A program made the translations under genes and the position numbers. Below the pieces are notes generated by a model. The model saw only the letters and a list, made by a program, of their open reading frames with translations, was not told the DNA's origin and did not search any database. DNA of 64,000 bases. It comes from Thermovirgaceae bacterium. Its GTDB lineage: Bacteria; Synergistota; Synergistia; Synergistales; Thermovirgaceae. This document shows positions 1 to 9,573 of the stretch, in pieces. Positions within the stretch are counted from its first letter, which is position 1. The number at the start of each line of letters is the position of its first letter. The stretch covers positions 160,001 to 224,000 of the forward strand of contig JAXGNU010000001.1 in assembly GCA_040767805.1 (NCBI GenBank), written 5' to 3'.

Positions 1-655
1 GCACGGTGATGCGGTCCGATATATCCATTACCTCGTCCAACTTGTGGGAGATGAAGACGACGCCGTGCCCCTCGGCGGTGATCTGCCTGATCGTCTCGAA
101 AAGGGCCCTGGCTTCCTGGGGCGTGAGCACCGATGTGGGTTCGTCGAGGATCAATATTTCGGCGTTGCGGTAGAGGGCCTTGATGATGGCCACCCTCTGC
201 TGTTCCCCGATGGAGATCTGCCAGACGGGGGTCATGGGGTCGACGTGGATGCCGTACCTGTCCTGGATATCCCTTATCCTTTTGACGATGAGGTCCTTGT
301 CCATCAGTATGGAGTTGCCCTCAAGACCCAGGGCCACGTTCTCCCAGACGGAGAGGGTCGGCACGAGCATGAAGTGCTGGTGGACCATGCCTATGCCGGC
401 CCTTATGGCGTCCCGGGGGCTCCTGAAGACCTGGGGCAGTCCCTTGACGGCTATGGAACCGGCGTCGGGGATGTAAAGACCGCTGAGAATGTTCATCAGG
501 GTGCTCTTTCCGGCGCCGTTCTCACCGAGGAGGGTGTGGACCTCGCCCCCGTACAGGTCAAAGTCCACCTCCGCGTTTGCCCTGACACCGACAAAGATCT
601 TTTCTATCCCCCTCATCGTCACGAGGGGTTCCTGCTGGACCGTCGACAATAGCAT
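1..655 (-). CDS. Sugar/nucleoside ABC transporter ATP-binding protein (5' part; runs off the window edge)
   Basis: Manual translation of the minus strand from ATG at 655 gives Walker A GENGAGKST, GMVHQHF, LILDEPT and ISHKL; lies downstream of a BMP substrate-binding gene. Confidence 0.9.
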   Translation of the reverse strand, partial: MLLSTVQQEPLVTMRGIEKIFVGVRANAEVDFDLYGGEVHTLLGENGAGKSTLMNILSGLYIPDAGSIAVKGLPQVFRSPRDAIRAGIGMVHQHFMLVPTLSVWENVALGLEGNSILMDKDLIVKRIRDIQDRYGIHVDPMTPVWQISIGEQQRVAIIKALYRNAEILILDEPTSVLTPQEARALFETIRQITAEGHGVVFISHKLDEVMDISDRITV

Positions 656-702
656 CCCTCCGAGGGTTTATCCTGCGGGACGACCCTGGGCCGCGGGGAA
701 AG

Positions 703-728
703 AAAAGGGGGCGCGCCTCCGCGCCCCC
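703..728 (-). terminator. Hairpin with U-tract between the binding-protein gene and the ATPase gene
   Basis: GGGGGCGCG-cctc-CGCGCCCCC stem preceded by AAAA on the + strand. Confidence 0.55.
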
Positions 729-743
729 ATCGTTGGCTATAAA

Positions 744-1835
744 CTATTTAGGAATCTCGCCCTCTACGCCTTCAACGAACCAGTTCATCGAGAGCATTTC
801 CTCGTCAGTCATCTTTTCACCGCTCTTGACGACCTCCTCGCCTTTCTGGTTCCTCACGGGACCATAAAAAACGTCCCAGCCGCCCTCGACGATCTTCGCC
901 TTCTCCGATTCGACTAGGGCGACGACCTCATCGGGGACAACCTTGGAGATCGGGGAAAGGCCGACGAAGCCTTCCTTCAGGCCCCACCATATATCGCTGG
1001 ATTCCCAGGTGCCGTCGATGACCTTACCCGCGAAGTACTTGTAAGCCATGCCCCAGTCCCAAACCGGCGAGGTGAGGTGCTTCGTGGGGGCGTAGTGGCT
1101 CATGTCGTTGTTGTAACCGACGACGTAGACCCCTGCTTCTTCGGCGGTCTGGGGCGCCGCCCCCGAGTCGGCGTGCATGGCGATCACGTCCGCGCCGGCG
1201 TCGATGAGGGCGAGGGTGGCTTCCTTTTCCTTACCGGGGTCGAGCCAGGAGAAGAGCCAGACCACCTTGACCTTGACATCGGGGTTGACCTTCCTGGCCC
1301 CCTGCGTGAAGGAGTTGATGGCCCTGATGACCTCGGGGATCGGGTTGGCGGCCACGAAGCCGATGACGTTCTTCTTGGTCATCTTCCCGGCGACGAGCCC
1401 CGACAGGTACCTGGCCTGGTACATCCTCCCGAAGTAGTTGCCCACGTTCGGCGCCCTCTTGTAGCCGGAGCAGTGCATGAAGATCACGTCGGGGTTCTTG
1501 GCCGCGACTTCCTGGACGAAGTCCATGTACCCGAAGGAAGTGGCGAAGACCAGCTTGGCGCCGTTCCTGATGAAGGTCTCCATGACCCTCACGGAGTCGG
1601 GGCCTTCAGCGACGGACTCAACGAAAAAGCTCTCCACCCCCGGAAAAGCTTTCTCCATCTCCACCCTGCCCAAATCGTGCATGTAGGTCCACCCGCCGTC
1701 GCCGACAGGTCCCACGTAGACGAAACCGACCTTCAGGTCCTTTGCCGCCACGGGCTCAAAGGCGGAGGCCGCCGAGGCGCCCAAGATCATCGATACACAG
1801 ACCATCATCAGGATGAGCTTTTTCATTCCCTTCAT
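744..1835 (-). CDS. BMP-family ABC transporter substrate-binding protein (purine/nucleoside type)
   Basis: Signal peptide, KVGFVYVGPVGDGGWT, ATSFGYM, GVYVVGYN motifs. Confidence 0.9.
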   Translation of the reverse strand: MKGMKKLILMMVCVSMILGASAASAFEPVAAKDLKVGFVYVGPVGDGGWTYMHDLGRVEMEKAFPGVESFFVESVAEGPDSVRVMETFIRNGAKLVFATSFGYMDFVQEVAAKNPDVIFMHCSGYKRAPNVGNYFGRMYQARYLSGLVAGKMTKKNVIGFVAANPIPEVIRAINSFTQGARKVNPDVKVKVVWLFSWLDPGKEKEATLALIDAGADVIAMHADSGAAPQTAEEAGVYVVGYNNDMSHYAPTKHLTSPVWDWGMAYKYFAGKVIDGTWESSDIWWGLKEGFVGLSPISKVVPDEVVALVESEKAKIVEGGWDVFYGPVRNQKGEEVVKSGEKMTDEEMLSMNWFVEGVEGEIPK

Positions 1836-1923
1836 ACCTCCCCGGAATAATGTGTTTTCCCTTCGGGTGACGCCTTACATTCTGGACAAAAGAGGCCGGT
1901 ACTTCAACTCCTTTCGAGGAAGT

Positions 1924-2745
1924 TCATACCCAGCTGTGGAGGACCCTGCCCCCGTCGAAGGTATAACCCGTGCTGTAGGAGTATGCGCCCAGGACCTCTT
2001 CCGGCGCCAGGGGCATGTGCTCCTCGACCGTTGAGGGGAAGAAGGAGAGTCCCCCCTTGCCGCGCCAGGCGTCCTCGCCGTAACGGTAATCCTCGGCGCC
2101 CAGCGAGACCAGTTCCAGGACGGAGGGCGGCGCGCCCTTCACGATCGAGGGGAAATGCCTGATGTGGAAAAGGGGCAGCCCCATGGGCCGGGGCAGCTCC
2201 CCGGGCGAAACCTTCTCCAGGACCTCCATCTCACCTTCGAAGAGTTTTTCGCCGTGGGATGAGGCCACGCCCTTCAGCCTTGTCCCCGGCCCCATGGCGG
2301 GCATGCCGGGGTTCAGGGGGTGGTAGGATGTCATGGAGACCTGCCCTAGTTTCTTGGGGAAGCCCATGAACCAACCCCTGGCGAGGCTGAAATCGTTATC
2401 GACCCAAATATGGAGACAGATTTGCCCCTGGACCCCCTCGAAGGCGCAGCCGGCCCATACCGCCGCCTCCATGTACTGGGTCCTCTCGGGGAGCACCCAG
2501 GGCATATCCTTCCTCTCCTCCCAGACGGACCACCAGCGGCTGAAGGCCACGTAGGCGAGGCCGGGCTCTTCCGCCGGTTCCAGCGGGCGGGGCAGGTAGG
2601 AGGCAATAGCGTCGGGGTCGGTCCTGTAGAGGATGTTCAGGTACTCCGTCCCGTAGTGCCAGGGGAAAGGTCCTACTATGGAGGCTTTGCCCTCCGGAGT
2701 GAGGGGGTAGGAAAAACCCTTGAGTTTGAAAGGTCCCTCTTTCAC
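1924..2745 (-). CDS. Acetoacetate decarboxylase-like superfamily protein (MppR-like)
   Basis: GTG start at 2745 with GGGAGG SD; RGWFMGFPKKLG Schiff-base lysine motif; N-terminal GFSYPLTPEGKASIVGPFPWHY. Confidence 0.75.
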   Translation of the reverse strand: MKEGPFKLKGFSYPLTPEGKASIVGPFPWHYGTEYLNILYRTDPDAIASYLPRPLEPAEEPGLAYVAFSRWWSVWEERKDMPWVLPERTQYMEAAVWAGCAFEGVQGQICLHIWVDNDFSLARGWFMGFPKKLGQVSMTSYHPLNPGMPAMGPGTRLKGVASSHGEKLFEGEMEVLEKVSPGELPRPMGLPLFHIRHFPSIVKGAPPSVLELVSLGAEDYRYGEDAWRGKGGLSFFPSTVEEHMPLAPEEVLGAYSYSTGYTFDGGRVLHSWV

Positions 2746-2788
2746 CGGTAAACCCTCCCTCTTTGTTCGGTGGCAAAAAAACAAAAAA

Positions 2789-2885
2789 TGGCGGAGACGT
2801 GTGGGAATCGAACCCACCGGAGCCGGCCGTACCGACCCCCACCGGGTTTGAAGCCCGGGGCACTCACCAGAGCACACTCGCCTCC
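2789..2885 (-). tRNA. selC: tRNA-Sec (anticodon UCA)
   Basis: 97 nt; 6-bp D stem with 4-nt loop (GTGCTC-TGGT-GAGTGC), CT-TCA-AA anticodon loop, long variable arm, GGTTCGATTCC T loop, G discriminator plus CCA. Confidence 0.95.
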
Positions 2886-2897
2886 GACGGTCATAAT

Positions 2898-2926
2898 ATT
2901 CTAAATGCTCAAGAGCCTCCCGTCCA
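2898..2926 (-). promoter_or_regulatory. Putative sigma70 promoter of selC
   Basis: TGGACG-17 nt-TAGAAT on the minus strand, 12 nt upstream of the tRNA 5' end. Confidence 0.55.
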
Positions 2927-2949
2927 CCGAAAAAACAGAGTCGCCGATA

Positions 2950-3486
2950 CTACCCTGCCGGGTGGTAGCCCGCCAGGCTCTCCCTGAGCTTCTTCCTGGC
3001 GCGCTGGAGGGCGTTGTCGGTCCTCTTCCTGGACCACCCGAGCAGGGCCGCCGCGGAGGATACCGACCCCGCCTGAAGGAAGGCGTCCAGCGCGGCGATC
3101 TCCATGACGGAAAGCCCTTCCAGGAGACCTTCGTCCAGGATGAATAACGGCCAGGCCGCATTCACATCCCCAGCGGCCGGTTCGAGCGCGCCGCGGCCGT
3201 ACTGCCGGGCCTTTTCCCTCCTGAGAAAGGACACCATCCCGTTCCTGGCGCAGGAAAAAGCGAAGGACGTGAACTTCCCCCTGCTGCCGTCGTACTTCGG
3301 GAGGGCCCTGAGTATGGAGATGAACCCCTCCTGCAGCAGGTCTTCGAAAAAGGGGCCGCCTCCCCGGGAGAGCCTCCCCGCTACCCCCCTCACCAGGGGG
3401 GTGATCAGGACCAGCAGTTCTTCCAGGGCCTCCGGGTCGCCGCCCCTGCACCTTTCGAGAAGGTCCTCCCCGGGCTCATCCCACAT
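2950..3486 (-). CDS. Sigma-70 family alternative sigma factor, SigH-like
   Basis: Region 2 EDLLQEGFI..YD..GKFTSFA and region 4 DNALQRARKKL. Confidence 0.75.
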   Translation of the reverse strand: MWDEPGEDLLERCRGGDPEALEELLVLITPLVRGVAGRLSRGGGPFFEDLLQEGFISILRALPKYDGSRGKFTSFAFSCARNGMVSFLRREKARQYGRGALEPAAGDVNAAWPLFILDEGLLEGLSVMEIAALDAFLQAGSVSSAAALLGWSRKRTDNALQRARKKLRESLAGYHPAG

Positions 3487-3493
3487 CCGCCGG

Positions 3494-4819
3494 TCACCGG
3501 CCCGTCTCACCGGGCTCCACGGTGTCGATGACGAGGGCCGGGGATACGGCTTCGCCGCCGATCTCAAAGGCGCCCTCGAGGAGACGGCGCGCCTCGCTCC
3601 AGCGGCTCTCATAGACGGAAAAGAACGCCCTTGCCAGCGGCTCGCCCCTGGACACGGGGTCGCCGATCTTCTTCAGGACCTGGCAGGCCGCCCCGGGGTC
3701 GACAGTCTCGGTCCTGGCTAGCCGTCCTCCTCCCAGTACCCTCAGGCTCTCCCCAACGGCCCTCGCGTCGCACCGGGCGACCACGCCGCTCCTTTCGGCC
3801 TCGATCACCCCGGTGGCACCGGCGAGGTGGCCCCCACGGGCCGCCCTTTCGTTGAAAGCCTCGAGGTCCCCGCCCTGGGCGTGGACCATCTCTTCGAACT
3901 TGCCGTAGGCCCTCCCGGAGTCGAGAGCACTCTCGGCCAGGCGACGGGCCTCCTCCGGCGAACCCGCCAGGCCTCCCAGGCGGACCATGGAAGCGGCAAG
4001 CCGGAGGGAGAGCTCCCTGACGTCGCCGGGCCCCTTCCGGAGCAGGACTTCCACCGCCTCGGCCACCTCGGCGGCGTTCCCGACCCACCTTCCCAGGGGT
4101 TGGTCCATCGCCGTCACCAGGGCCATGGTTTTCCTGCCCAGTGAAGCCGAAAGCCCGACGAGGCTTTCCGACAGTTCACGGGCCGAGGCTACGTCCTTCA
4201 TGAAGGCCCCCGAGCCGCACTTGACGTCGAACACGAAGGCTTTGGATCCCCCTGCCATCTTTTTACTCACGATGCTGCTGGTGATGAGCGGTATGGAGGG
4301 CACTGTGCCGGTCACGTCCCTCAACTCGTAAAAAAGGGCCTCCGCCGGCGCCAGGTCCTCCGAGTGCCCGCTTATGGCGCAACCGACCTTCGTCACCTGT
4401 TCGACGAACCGCCCCAGGTCGAGGTGGGCGGAAAAACCGGGTATCGATTCGAGTTTATCGACGGTCCCCCCGGTGAAACCGAGGCCCCTGCCGCTGAGCT
4501 TGGCCACGGGGACCCCGCAGGCGGCGGCCAGGGGCACCACGACGAGGCTCGTCTTGTCACCCACGCCGCCGGTGCTGTGCTTGTCCACCGGGAAAATATC
4601 CCCGGGGAAGGTGACGACCTTTCCTGAGAGCGACAGGGCCTCGGTGAAGGCCTTAACCTCCCGGCGGGTCATCCCGCGGAAGAAGACCGCCATGAGCCAC
4701 GCCGCCACCTGGTAATCGGGGATCTCGCCCCCCTGGGCCAGCCGTACGAACTCGGCGATCTCTCGGGGGGTCGACCCCTTGCCGTCCCGACGGTCCTCGA
4801 TGAAGGCGACGGGGTTCAT
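3494..4819 (-). CDS. pdp: Pyrimidine-nucleoside (thymidine) phosphorylase
   Basis: DKHSTGGVGDK, KLSGRGLGFTGGTVDKLE, RDVTGTV. Confidence 0.95.
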   Translation of the reverse strand: MNPVAFIEDRRDGKGSTPREIAEFVRLAQGGEIPDYQVAAWLMAVFFRGMTRREVKAFTEALSLSGKVVTFPGDIFPVDKHSTGGVGDKTSLVVVPLAAACGVPVAKLSGRGLGFTGGTVDKLESIPGFSAHLDLGRFVEQVTKVGCAISGHSEDLAPAEALFYELRDVTGTVPSIPLITSSIVSKKMAGGSKAFVFDVKCGSGAFMKDVASARELSESLVGLSASLGRKTMALVTAMDQPLGRWVGNAAEVAEAVEVLLRKGPGDVRELSLRLAASMVRLGGLAGSPEEARRLAESALDSGRAYGKFEEMVHAQGGDLEAFNERAARGGHLAGATGVIEAERSGVVARCDARAVGESLRVLGGGRLARTETVDPGAACQVLKKIGDPVSRGEPLARAFFSVYESRWSEARRLLEGAFEIGGEAVSPALVIDTVEPGETGR

Positions 4820-5649
4820 GGCACCCTCGACCCCAGTATCGCCACCATGGACTTCACGAGGCGGGAGAGCCTCCCGGCGGCCTTGCCCATTTCTTTCATG
4901 ACCTGCTCGTGGGTCAGGACGGCCTCCTTCATCCCGGCGGCGTAGTTCGCCACACAGGAGATGACGCAGACCCTCATGCCCATATGCCTGGCGACGATGA
5001 CCTCGGGGACGGTGGACATGCCCACCAGATCGGCACCCAGAGCCCTGACCATCCTTATTTCCGCCGGGGTCTCGAAGGAGGGGCCGGGGAAGGCGGCGTA
5101 AACGCCCCGCTTGAGCCGCACCCCGATCGACGAGGCGGCCTCCTCGGCGATGGCGATCAACTCGCGGTCGTAGGTGAAGGTCATGTCGGGGAATCTCGGC
5201 CCCCAGTCGTCTTCGTTCCTCCCACGGAGGGGGTTGAAACCCTGGAGGTTTATATGGTCACGAAGGACCACAAGGTCGCCGGGCGACAGTTCGTGACTGA
5301 CGCCCCCCGAGGCGTTGGTGGCGAAATAAAAGGGCACGCCCATCTCGCCCAGGACCCTCACGGGAAAGGCGACCTCCTCGGGGGAATAGCCTTCGTAGTA
5401 GTGGACCCTCCCCTGCATCACCAGCACTGGGACGTCCCCCAGGCGGCCCGACACCAGCCTGCCGGCATGGCCCGGGGCCGTTGACACGGGCCACCGATCT
5501 ATACCCGCAATAGGTATCGTCAGGGCGTCCTCCAACGAATCGGCCAGGGATCCCAGTCCGGAGCCCAGCACGATGGCGACCTTGGGCACCGCACGGATCC
5601 TGTCCTGAATTAATTTCGCTGCCCTGGCGACCTCTTCCCTGTAGGACAA
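4816..5649 (-). CDS. punA: Purine-nucleoside phosphorylase (trimeric type)
   Basis: LGSGLG, QGRVHYYEG, GPSFETPAE, VGMSTVPE; TTG start with GGAGG SD. Confidence 0.93.
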   Translation of the reverse strand: MSYREEVARAAKLIQDRIRAVPKVAIVLGSGLGSLADSLEDALTIPIAGIDRWPVSTAPGHAGRLVSGRLGDVPVLVMQGRVHYYEGYSPEEVAFPVRVLGEMGVPFYFATNASGGVSHELSPGDLVVLRDHINLQGFNPLRGRNEDDWGPRFPDMTFTYDRELIAIAEEAASSIGVRLKRGVYAAFPGPSFETPAEIRMVRALGADLVGMSTVPEVIVARHMGMRVCVISCVANYAAGMKEAVLTHEQVMKEMGKAAGRLSRLVKSMVAILGSRVP

Positions 5650-5688
5650 TGCGCAACCTCCTCAGGCATCCATTTTTTAGCGACGGGG

Positions 5689-6576
5689 TTAAGCCCTGGG
5701 GTGGCTTTTATCGTAAACATCCCGGAGTTCCACGTCAAAGTGAGTGTATTTCTCCGTGGTCATTATCGAGGAATGGCCCAGCAGTTCCTGCAGGACCCTG
5801 AGGTCCATGCCCCGCCTGAGCAAATGGGTCGCGAAGGAATGCCTCAATATGTGCGGGTGAAGCCTTGAGCGGGAGATGCCGGCTTTCTCGCCCCTTTTCC
5901 GGATGATCCGCCAGACGTCCTCCCTTCTCAAGGGCCTTCCGCTCCTGGAGAGGAAGAACTTGCCTCCTCCGGAACCACCCAGCAAACCCCTCCCGGAGGA
6001 CAGGTACCTCTCGACCCTGGCCTTGACCTTCCCGACTAGGGGGACCACCCTTTCCTTGTCCCCCTTGCCCCTGAGCCTGATCAGCCCCGTGTGGAGCCCC
6101 ACGTCGGTGAGGTCCAGCGAGGCGATCTCTCCCGCCCTGAGGCCGCAGCCGTAACCGACCTCGACGATGGCCCTGTCCCTGAGCGAAAGGGGGTCGTCGC
6201 CCTCGCAGGCTTCGAGAAGCCTGTCGACCTCCCCTTCCGTCAGGACCTTGGGCAGTTTCCTCTCCCTGGAGGGAAGGCGTAAAAGGTCCAGGGACCCGCC
6301 GGAAACGCCCTCCGAGGCTAGGAACCTCGTCCACGAACGGAGCGCGGCCGCCGCCCTTTGGATCGATGACTTGCTGCGTCCCTCCCTGGAGAGAAAACCC
6401 AGGTATTCCGCTATTCTTTCCGGTGAGGGAGGCGAAGGGGGGATGCCTTTTTCAGAGCAAAAGGAGAACCAGCCGCGAAGGTCGCTTCGGTAGGCGTTGA
6501 CGGTGTTCTCCGAACAACCCCTCTCGTAGCGGAGGTAATTGAAAAATGTACCAAGGTCGGGGATATTTCTTTTCAT
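5689..6576 (-). CDS. xerD: Tyrosine recombinase XerD/XerC
   Basis: GLRAGE, GKGDKER, HILRHSFATHLL, LLGH, catalytic Tyr in EKYTH, terminal HPRA. Confidence 0.85.
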   Translation of the reverse strand: MKRNIPDLGTFFNYLRYERGCSENTVNAYRSDLRGWFSFCSEKGIPPSPPSPERIAEYLGFLSREGRSKSSIQRAAAALRSWTRFLASEGVSGGSLDLLRLPSRERKLPKVLTEGEVDRLLEACEGDDPLSLRDRAIVEVGYGCGLRAGEIASLDLTDVGLHTGLIRLRGKGDKERVVPLVGKVKARVERYLSSGRGLLGGSGGGKFFLSRSGRPLRREDVWRIIRKRGEKAGISRSRLHPHILRHSFATHLLRRGMDLRVLQELLGHSSIMTTEKYTHFDVELRDVYDKSHPRA

Positions 6577-6628
6577 ACCGGTCGGCCTTCCCGGGGAGGG
6601 GCCGGAAGCCCCTCCCCCGTTTTGGCTT

Positions 6629-7156
6629 TTATCTCGAAAGGAACCAGTAGATCGCCGTCAGCGTCTTGGAATCCCTGATCTCCCCGGAAAGGACCGCCTC
6701 CTGGAGTTGACTTCGGTCCAGCCTGACCACGTCCATGAATTCGTCGCTGTCCCGCTCCTTGGGCGCCGGCGACAGCTCCCGGGCGTGAAAGAGGATAATC
6801 CTTTCGTCGCTGAAGCCCGGCGAGGTAAAGAATTGGGCCACCTCCGCCAAAGCCCCCGGTTTGAACCCGGTCTCCTCCCTCAGCTCCCTTTCGGCCGTCT
6901 CGACCGGCTCCTCACCGGGTTCGACGATCCCCGCGGGGATCTCCAGGAGGTACTCCCCCGCGGGGTACCGGTATTGTCTCACCAGGAAGAGGCCCCCATC
7001 GCCGGTTTCGGCGATGATGCCGACGGCGGGGGCGTGTTCCACCACCTCCCGCAGGGCCATGCCCCCGTCGGGGAGCCTGACCCTGTCGACCCGGAGGTTA
7101 AGGATCCGCCCCTTGTATAACAGTTCGCCCGAAACCTTCTCCTCCCGGGGGAACAT
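6629..7156 (-). CDS. nudF: NUDIX hydrolase (ADP-ribose pyrophosphatase)
   Basis: EIPAG..E......AERELREETG Nudix box; REVVEH; SPGFSDE. Confidence 0.85.
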   Translation of the reverse strand: MFPREEKVSGELLYKGRILNLRVDRVRLPDGGMALREVVEHAPAVGIIAETGDGGLFLVRQYRYPAGEYLLEIPAGIVEPGEEPVETAERELREETGFKPGALAEVAQFFTSPGFSDERIILFHARELSPAPKERDSDEFMDVVRLDRSQLQEAVLSGEIRDSKTLTAIYWFLSR

Positions 7157-7159
7157 GGC

Positions 7160-7723
7160 TCAGGCTTTCTTGAGCAGTTCCCGGGCTATCTCCCTCCCCT
7201 TTTCGAAGGCCTCCAGGTTCATGGGGAGGAACTGGGGTTTTCTTTTCCCGAGTTTGTCCTTTATGGTCTCGATGCAGGCCTCGACGCCCACCAGGTCGGT
7301 GGCTTCGACGATGGCGCCCAGCACGACGATGTTGGAGACCTTGTCGCTGCCGAGGGCCAGGGCGACGCTGTGGGCCGGTATCGGGAAGACAGTGACATCC
7401 TTCCTGGGGTTGGGGTACTTGACCAGGTCGGAATTGTACACCAGGAGCCCGCCGGGCTTCACCGACCGCTCGAACCTTTCCATCGACGGGTTGTTCATTA
7501 TCACCGTGACATCCGCCTCGGCGACGACGGGCGAGGCGATCTCCTCGTCGCTGATGGCCACACCGCAGTTCGCCGTCCCGCCGCGCATCTCAGGACCGTA
7601 GGAAGGGATCCAGGTGACGTGACGGCCCTCACTGATGGCCGTGTAGGCCACCAACTGGCCCAGGACCATTATGCCCTGCCCCCCGAAACCGGCGGCTATC
7701 ATTCCTCTGAAAAATCCGGACAT
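7160..7723 (-). CDS. 2-oxoacid:ferredoxin oxidoreductase gamma subunit
   Basis: AGFGGQG, PSYGPEMRGGTANC. Confidence 0.92.
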   Translation of the reverse strand: MSGFFRGMIAAGFGGQGIMVLGQLVAYTAISEGRHVTWIPSYGPEMRGGTANCGVAISDEEIASPVVAEADVTVIMNNPSMERFERSVKPGGLLVYNSDLVKYPNPRKDVTVFPIPAHSVALALGSDKVSNIVVLGAIVEATDLVGVEACIETIKDKLGKRKPQFLPMNLEAFEKGREIARELLKKA

Positions 7724-7736
7724 ATCCTTCCCTCCC

Positions 7737-8483
7737 CTATTCGAAGTTCTTGAAAACGCCCAGGGGATAGTGAGGTATCATGGCGCTCTCGGTCCACTCG
7801 AAAGACTGGACCGGGGTCATCCCCCAGTTGGTGGGGCAGTTGGAGAGGACCTCCACGAAGGAGTAACCCCTGCCCTCGATCTGGTTCACGAAGGCCTGCT
7901 TGATGGCCTTCTTGGCCTCGATGATGTACTTCGGCTTGGCCACGGTGACCCTCGTGATGAAACCCGGGGTCTCGAGGGTGGCGAGGAGTTCGCACATCCT
8001 CATGGGGTAACCGGCCAGTTCGGGGTCCCTCCCGAAGGGGCTGGTGGTGGTCTTCTGCCCGATGAGGGTCGTCGGTGCCATCTGGCCGCCGGTCATCCCG
8101 TAGATGGCGTTGTTTATGAAGATGGTGGTCAGCTTCTCACCCCTGTTGGCCGCGTGGATGATCTCGGCCGTCCCTATGGAGGCCAGGTCGCCGTCTCCCT
8201 GGTAGGTGAAGACGATCTTGTCCGGCCGGGTCCGCTTTATCCCCGTGGCCAGCGCCGGCGCCCTGCCGTGGGCCGCCTCGCAGAAGTCGATGTCGAAGTA
8301 GTCGTACATCAGGGCGGCGCAACCGACGGGCGCGGTCCCTATCGTATCATCCTGTATCCCCAGTTCATCGATGATCTCGCAGATGAGCCTGTGGGTGATG
8401 CCGTGTCCGCACCCCGGGCAATAATGGGTGTGCACGTCCTTGGCCCATGACTTCGGCCTTTCGTAGATCTTTACCTCTTTCAT
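7737..8483 (-). CDS. 2-oxoacid:ferredoxin oxidoreductase beta subunit (TPP-binding)
   Basis: YCPGCGHG, HGRA, YQGDGD..N TPP motif, NCPTNW; start at MKEVKIY. Confidence 0.92.
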   Translation of the reverse strand: MKEVKIYERPKSWAKDVHTHYCPGCGHGITHRLICEIIDELGIQDDTIGTAPVGCAALMYDYFDIDFCEAAHGRAPALATGIKRTRPDKIVFTYQGDGDLASIGTAEIIHAANRGEKLTTIFINNAIYGMTGGQMAPTTLIGQKTTTSPFGRDPELAGYPMRMCELLATLETPGFITRVTVAKPKYIIEAKKAIKQAFVNQIEGRGYSFVEVLSNCPTNWGMTPVQSFEWTESAMIPHYPLGVFKNFE

Positions 8484-8503
8484 CGGTCCGACACCTCCCT
8501 GGA

Positions 8504-9556
8504 CTAAAGAATGGCCCTGATCTGCTCCTCGATCTCCTTGACCGAGGGAGCGATACCCCCCGCGTGCCCGAAAAAGGACACCGGGGCCTTCCCGCAAACG
8601 GCCGCCTCGACATCCTCGACCATCTGCCCCATGTTCATCTCGACCACCAGGACGCCCTTCAAGCCCGTGGCGAGTTCCCGGATCTTTTCCTTCGGGAAGG
8701 GGTACAGCGTTATGGGCCTCAGCATGCCGACCTTTATGCCTTCGTTCCTCAGGTTGTTTATGGCCGATCTGGCTATCCTTGCCGTCGTTCCAAAGGCGCA
8801 AAGCAGGATCTCGGCTCCGTCGCAGCGGTATGCCTCGAACCTGACCTCTTTTTCCATCTCGCGGTACTTCTTCTGCAATTCGATATTGTGGCGCTCCAGG
8901 TCTTCGGGGTTGAGGTAGAGGCTTTTGAGTATGGCCCTCTTGCCCCCGCGCTCCTTCATGCACCCCAACGCCCAGGGCTCCCTGGGCGGGAGGTTCTCCG
9001 AGATATGCTCCTTGATCTCGACGGCCTCCATCATCTGGCCCATGAACCCGTCGGCGAGGATCATGACGGGGTTGCGGTACTGCTGGGCGAGGTCGAAGGC
9101 CATCTGGGTCAGTTCCACTGCTTCCTGCAGCGTGCTCGGCGCGAGGACCAGGAGACGGTAGTCCCCGTTACCGCCGCCCTTGGTGGCCTGCATGTAGTCC
9201 GCCTGGGACGGGAGTATCCCGCCGAGGCCGGGGCCTCCCCTCATGACGTTGACGATGACGGCGGGTATCTCGCACCCGGCTATGTAACTGATCCCCTCGG
9301 ACATGAGGGATATTCCCGGGCTCGACGAGGTGGTCATGATCTTCGTCCCCGTCGCTCCCCCGCCCATGACCATGTTGATCGCCGCGAGTTCGCTTTCGGC
9401 CTGTACGTAGGCGCCGCCTATCTTCGGCAGTTTCCCCGACATGTACTCCGGGATCTCGTTCTGGGGCGTGATGGGGTAACCGAAAAAGTACTTGCAGCCC
9501 GCCTGGATGGCGGCTTCCGCTATAGCTTCCGTGCCCTTCATAAGTACTCGTGCCAT
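8504..9556 (-). CDS. 2-oxoacid:ferredoxin oxidoreductase alpha subunit (branched-chain/VOR type)
   Basis: FGYPITPQNE, QAESE, TSSSPGISL, RGGPGLG, EMNMGQM. Confidence 0.92.
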   Translation of the reverse strand: MARVLMKGTEAIAEAAIQAGCKYFFGYPITPQNEIPEYMSGKLPKIGGAYVQAESELAAINMVMGGGATGTKIMTTSSSPGISLMSEGISYIAGCEIPAVIVNVMRGGPGLGGILPSQADYMQATKGGGNGDYRLLVLAPSTLQEAVELTQMAFDLAQQYRNPVMILADGFMGQMMEAVEIKEHISENLPPREPWALGCMKERGGKRAILKSLYLNPEDLERHNIELQKKYREMEKEVRFEAYRCDGAEILLCAFGTTARIARSAINNLRNEGIKVGMLRPITLYPFPKEKIRELATGLKGVLVVEMNMGQMVEDVEAAVCGKAPVSFFGHAGGIAPSVKEIEEQIRAIL

Positions 9557-9573
9557 GGGTACCACCTCCGGCC

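Noticed and set aside
5689..6576. Tyrosine recombinase near a tRNA as a possible island integrase
   Set aside because: XerC/D-type sequence inside the conserved nudF-xerD-punA-pdp run; no att duplication of selC seen
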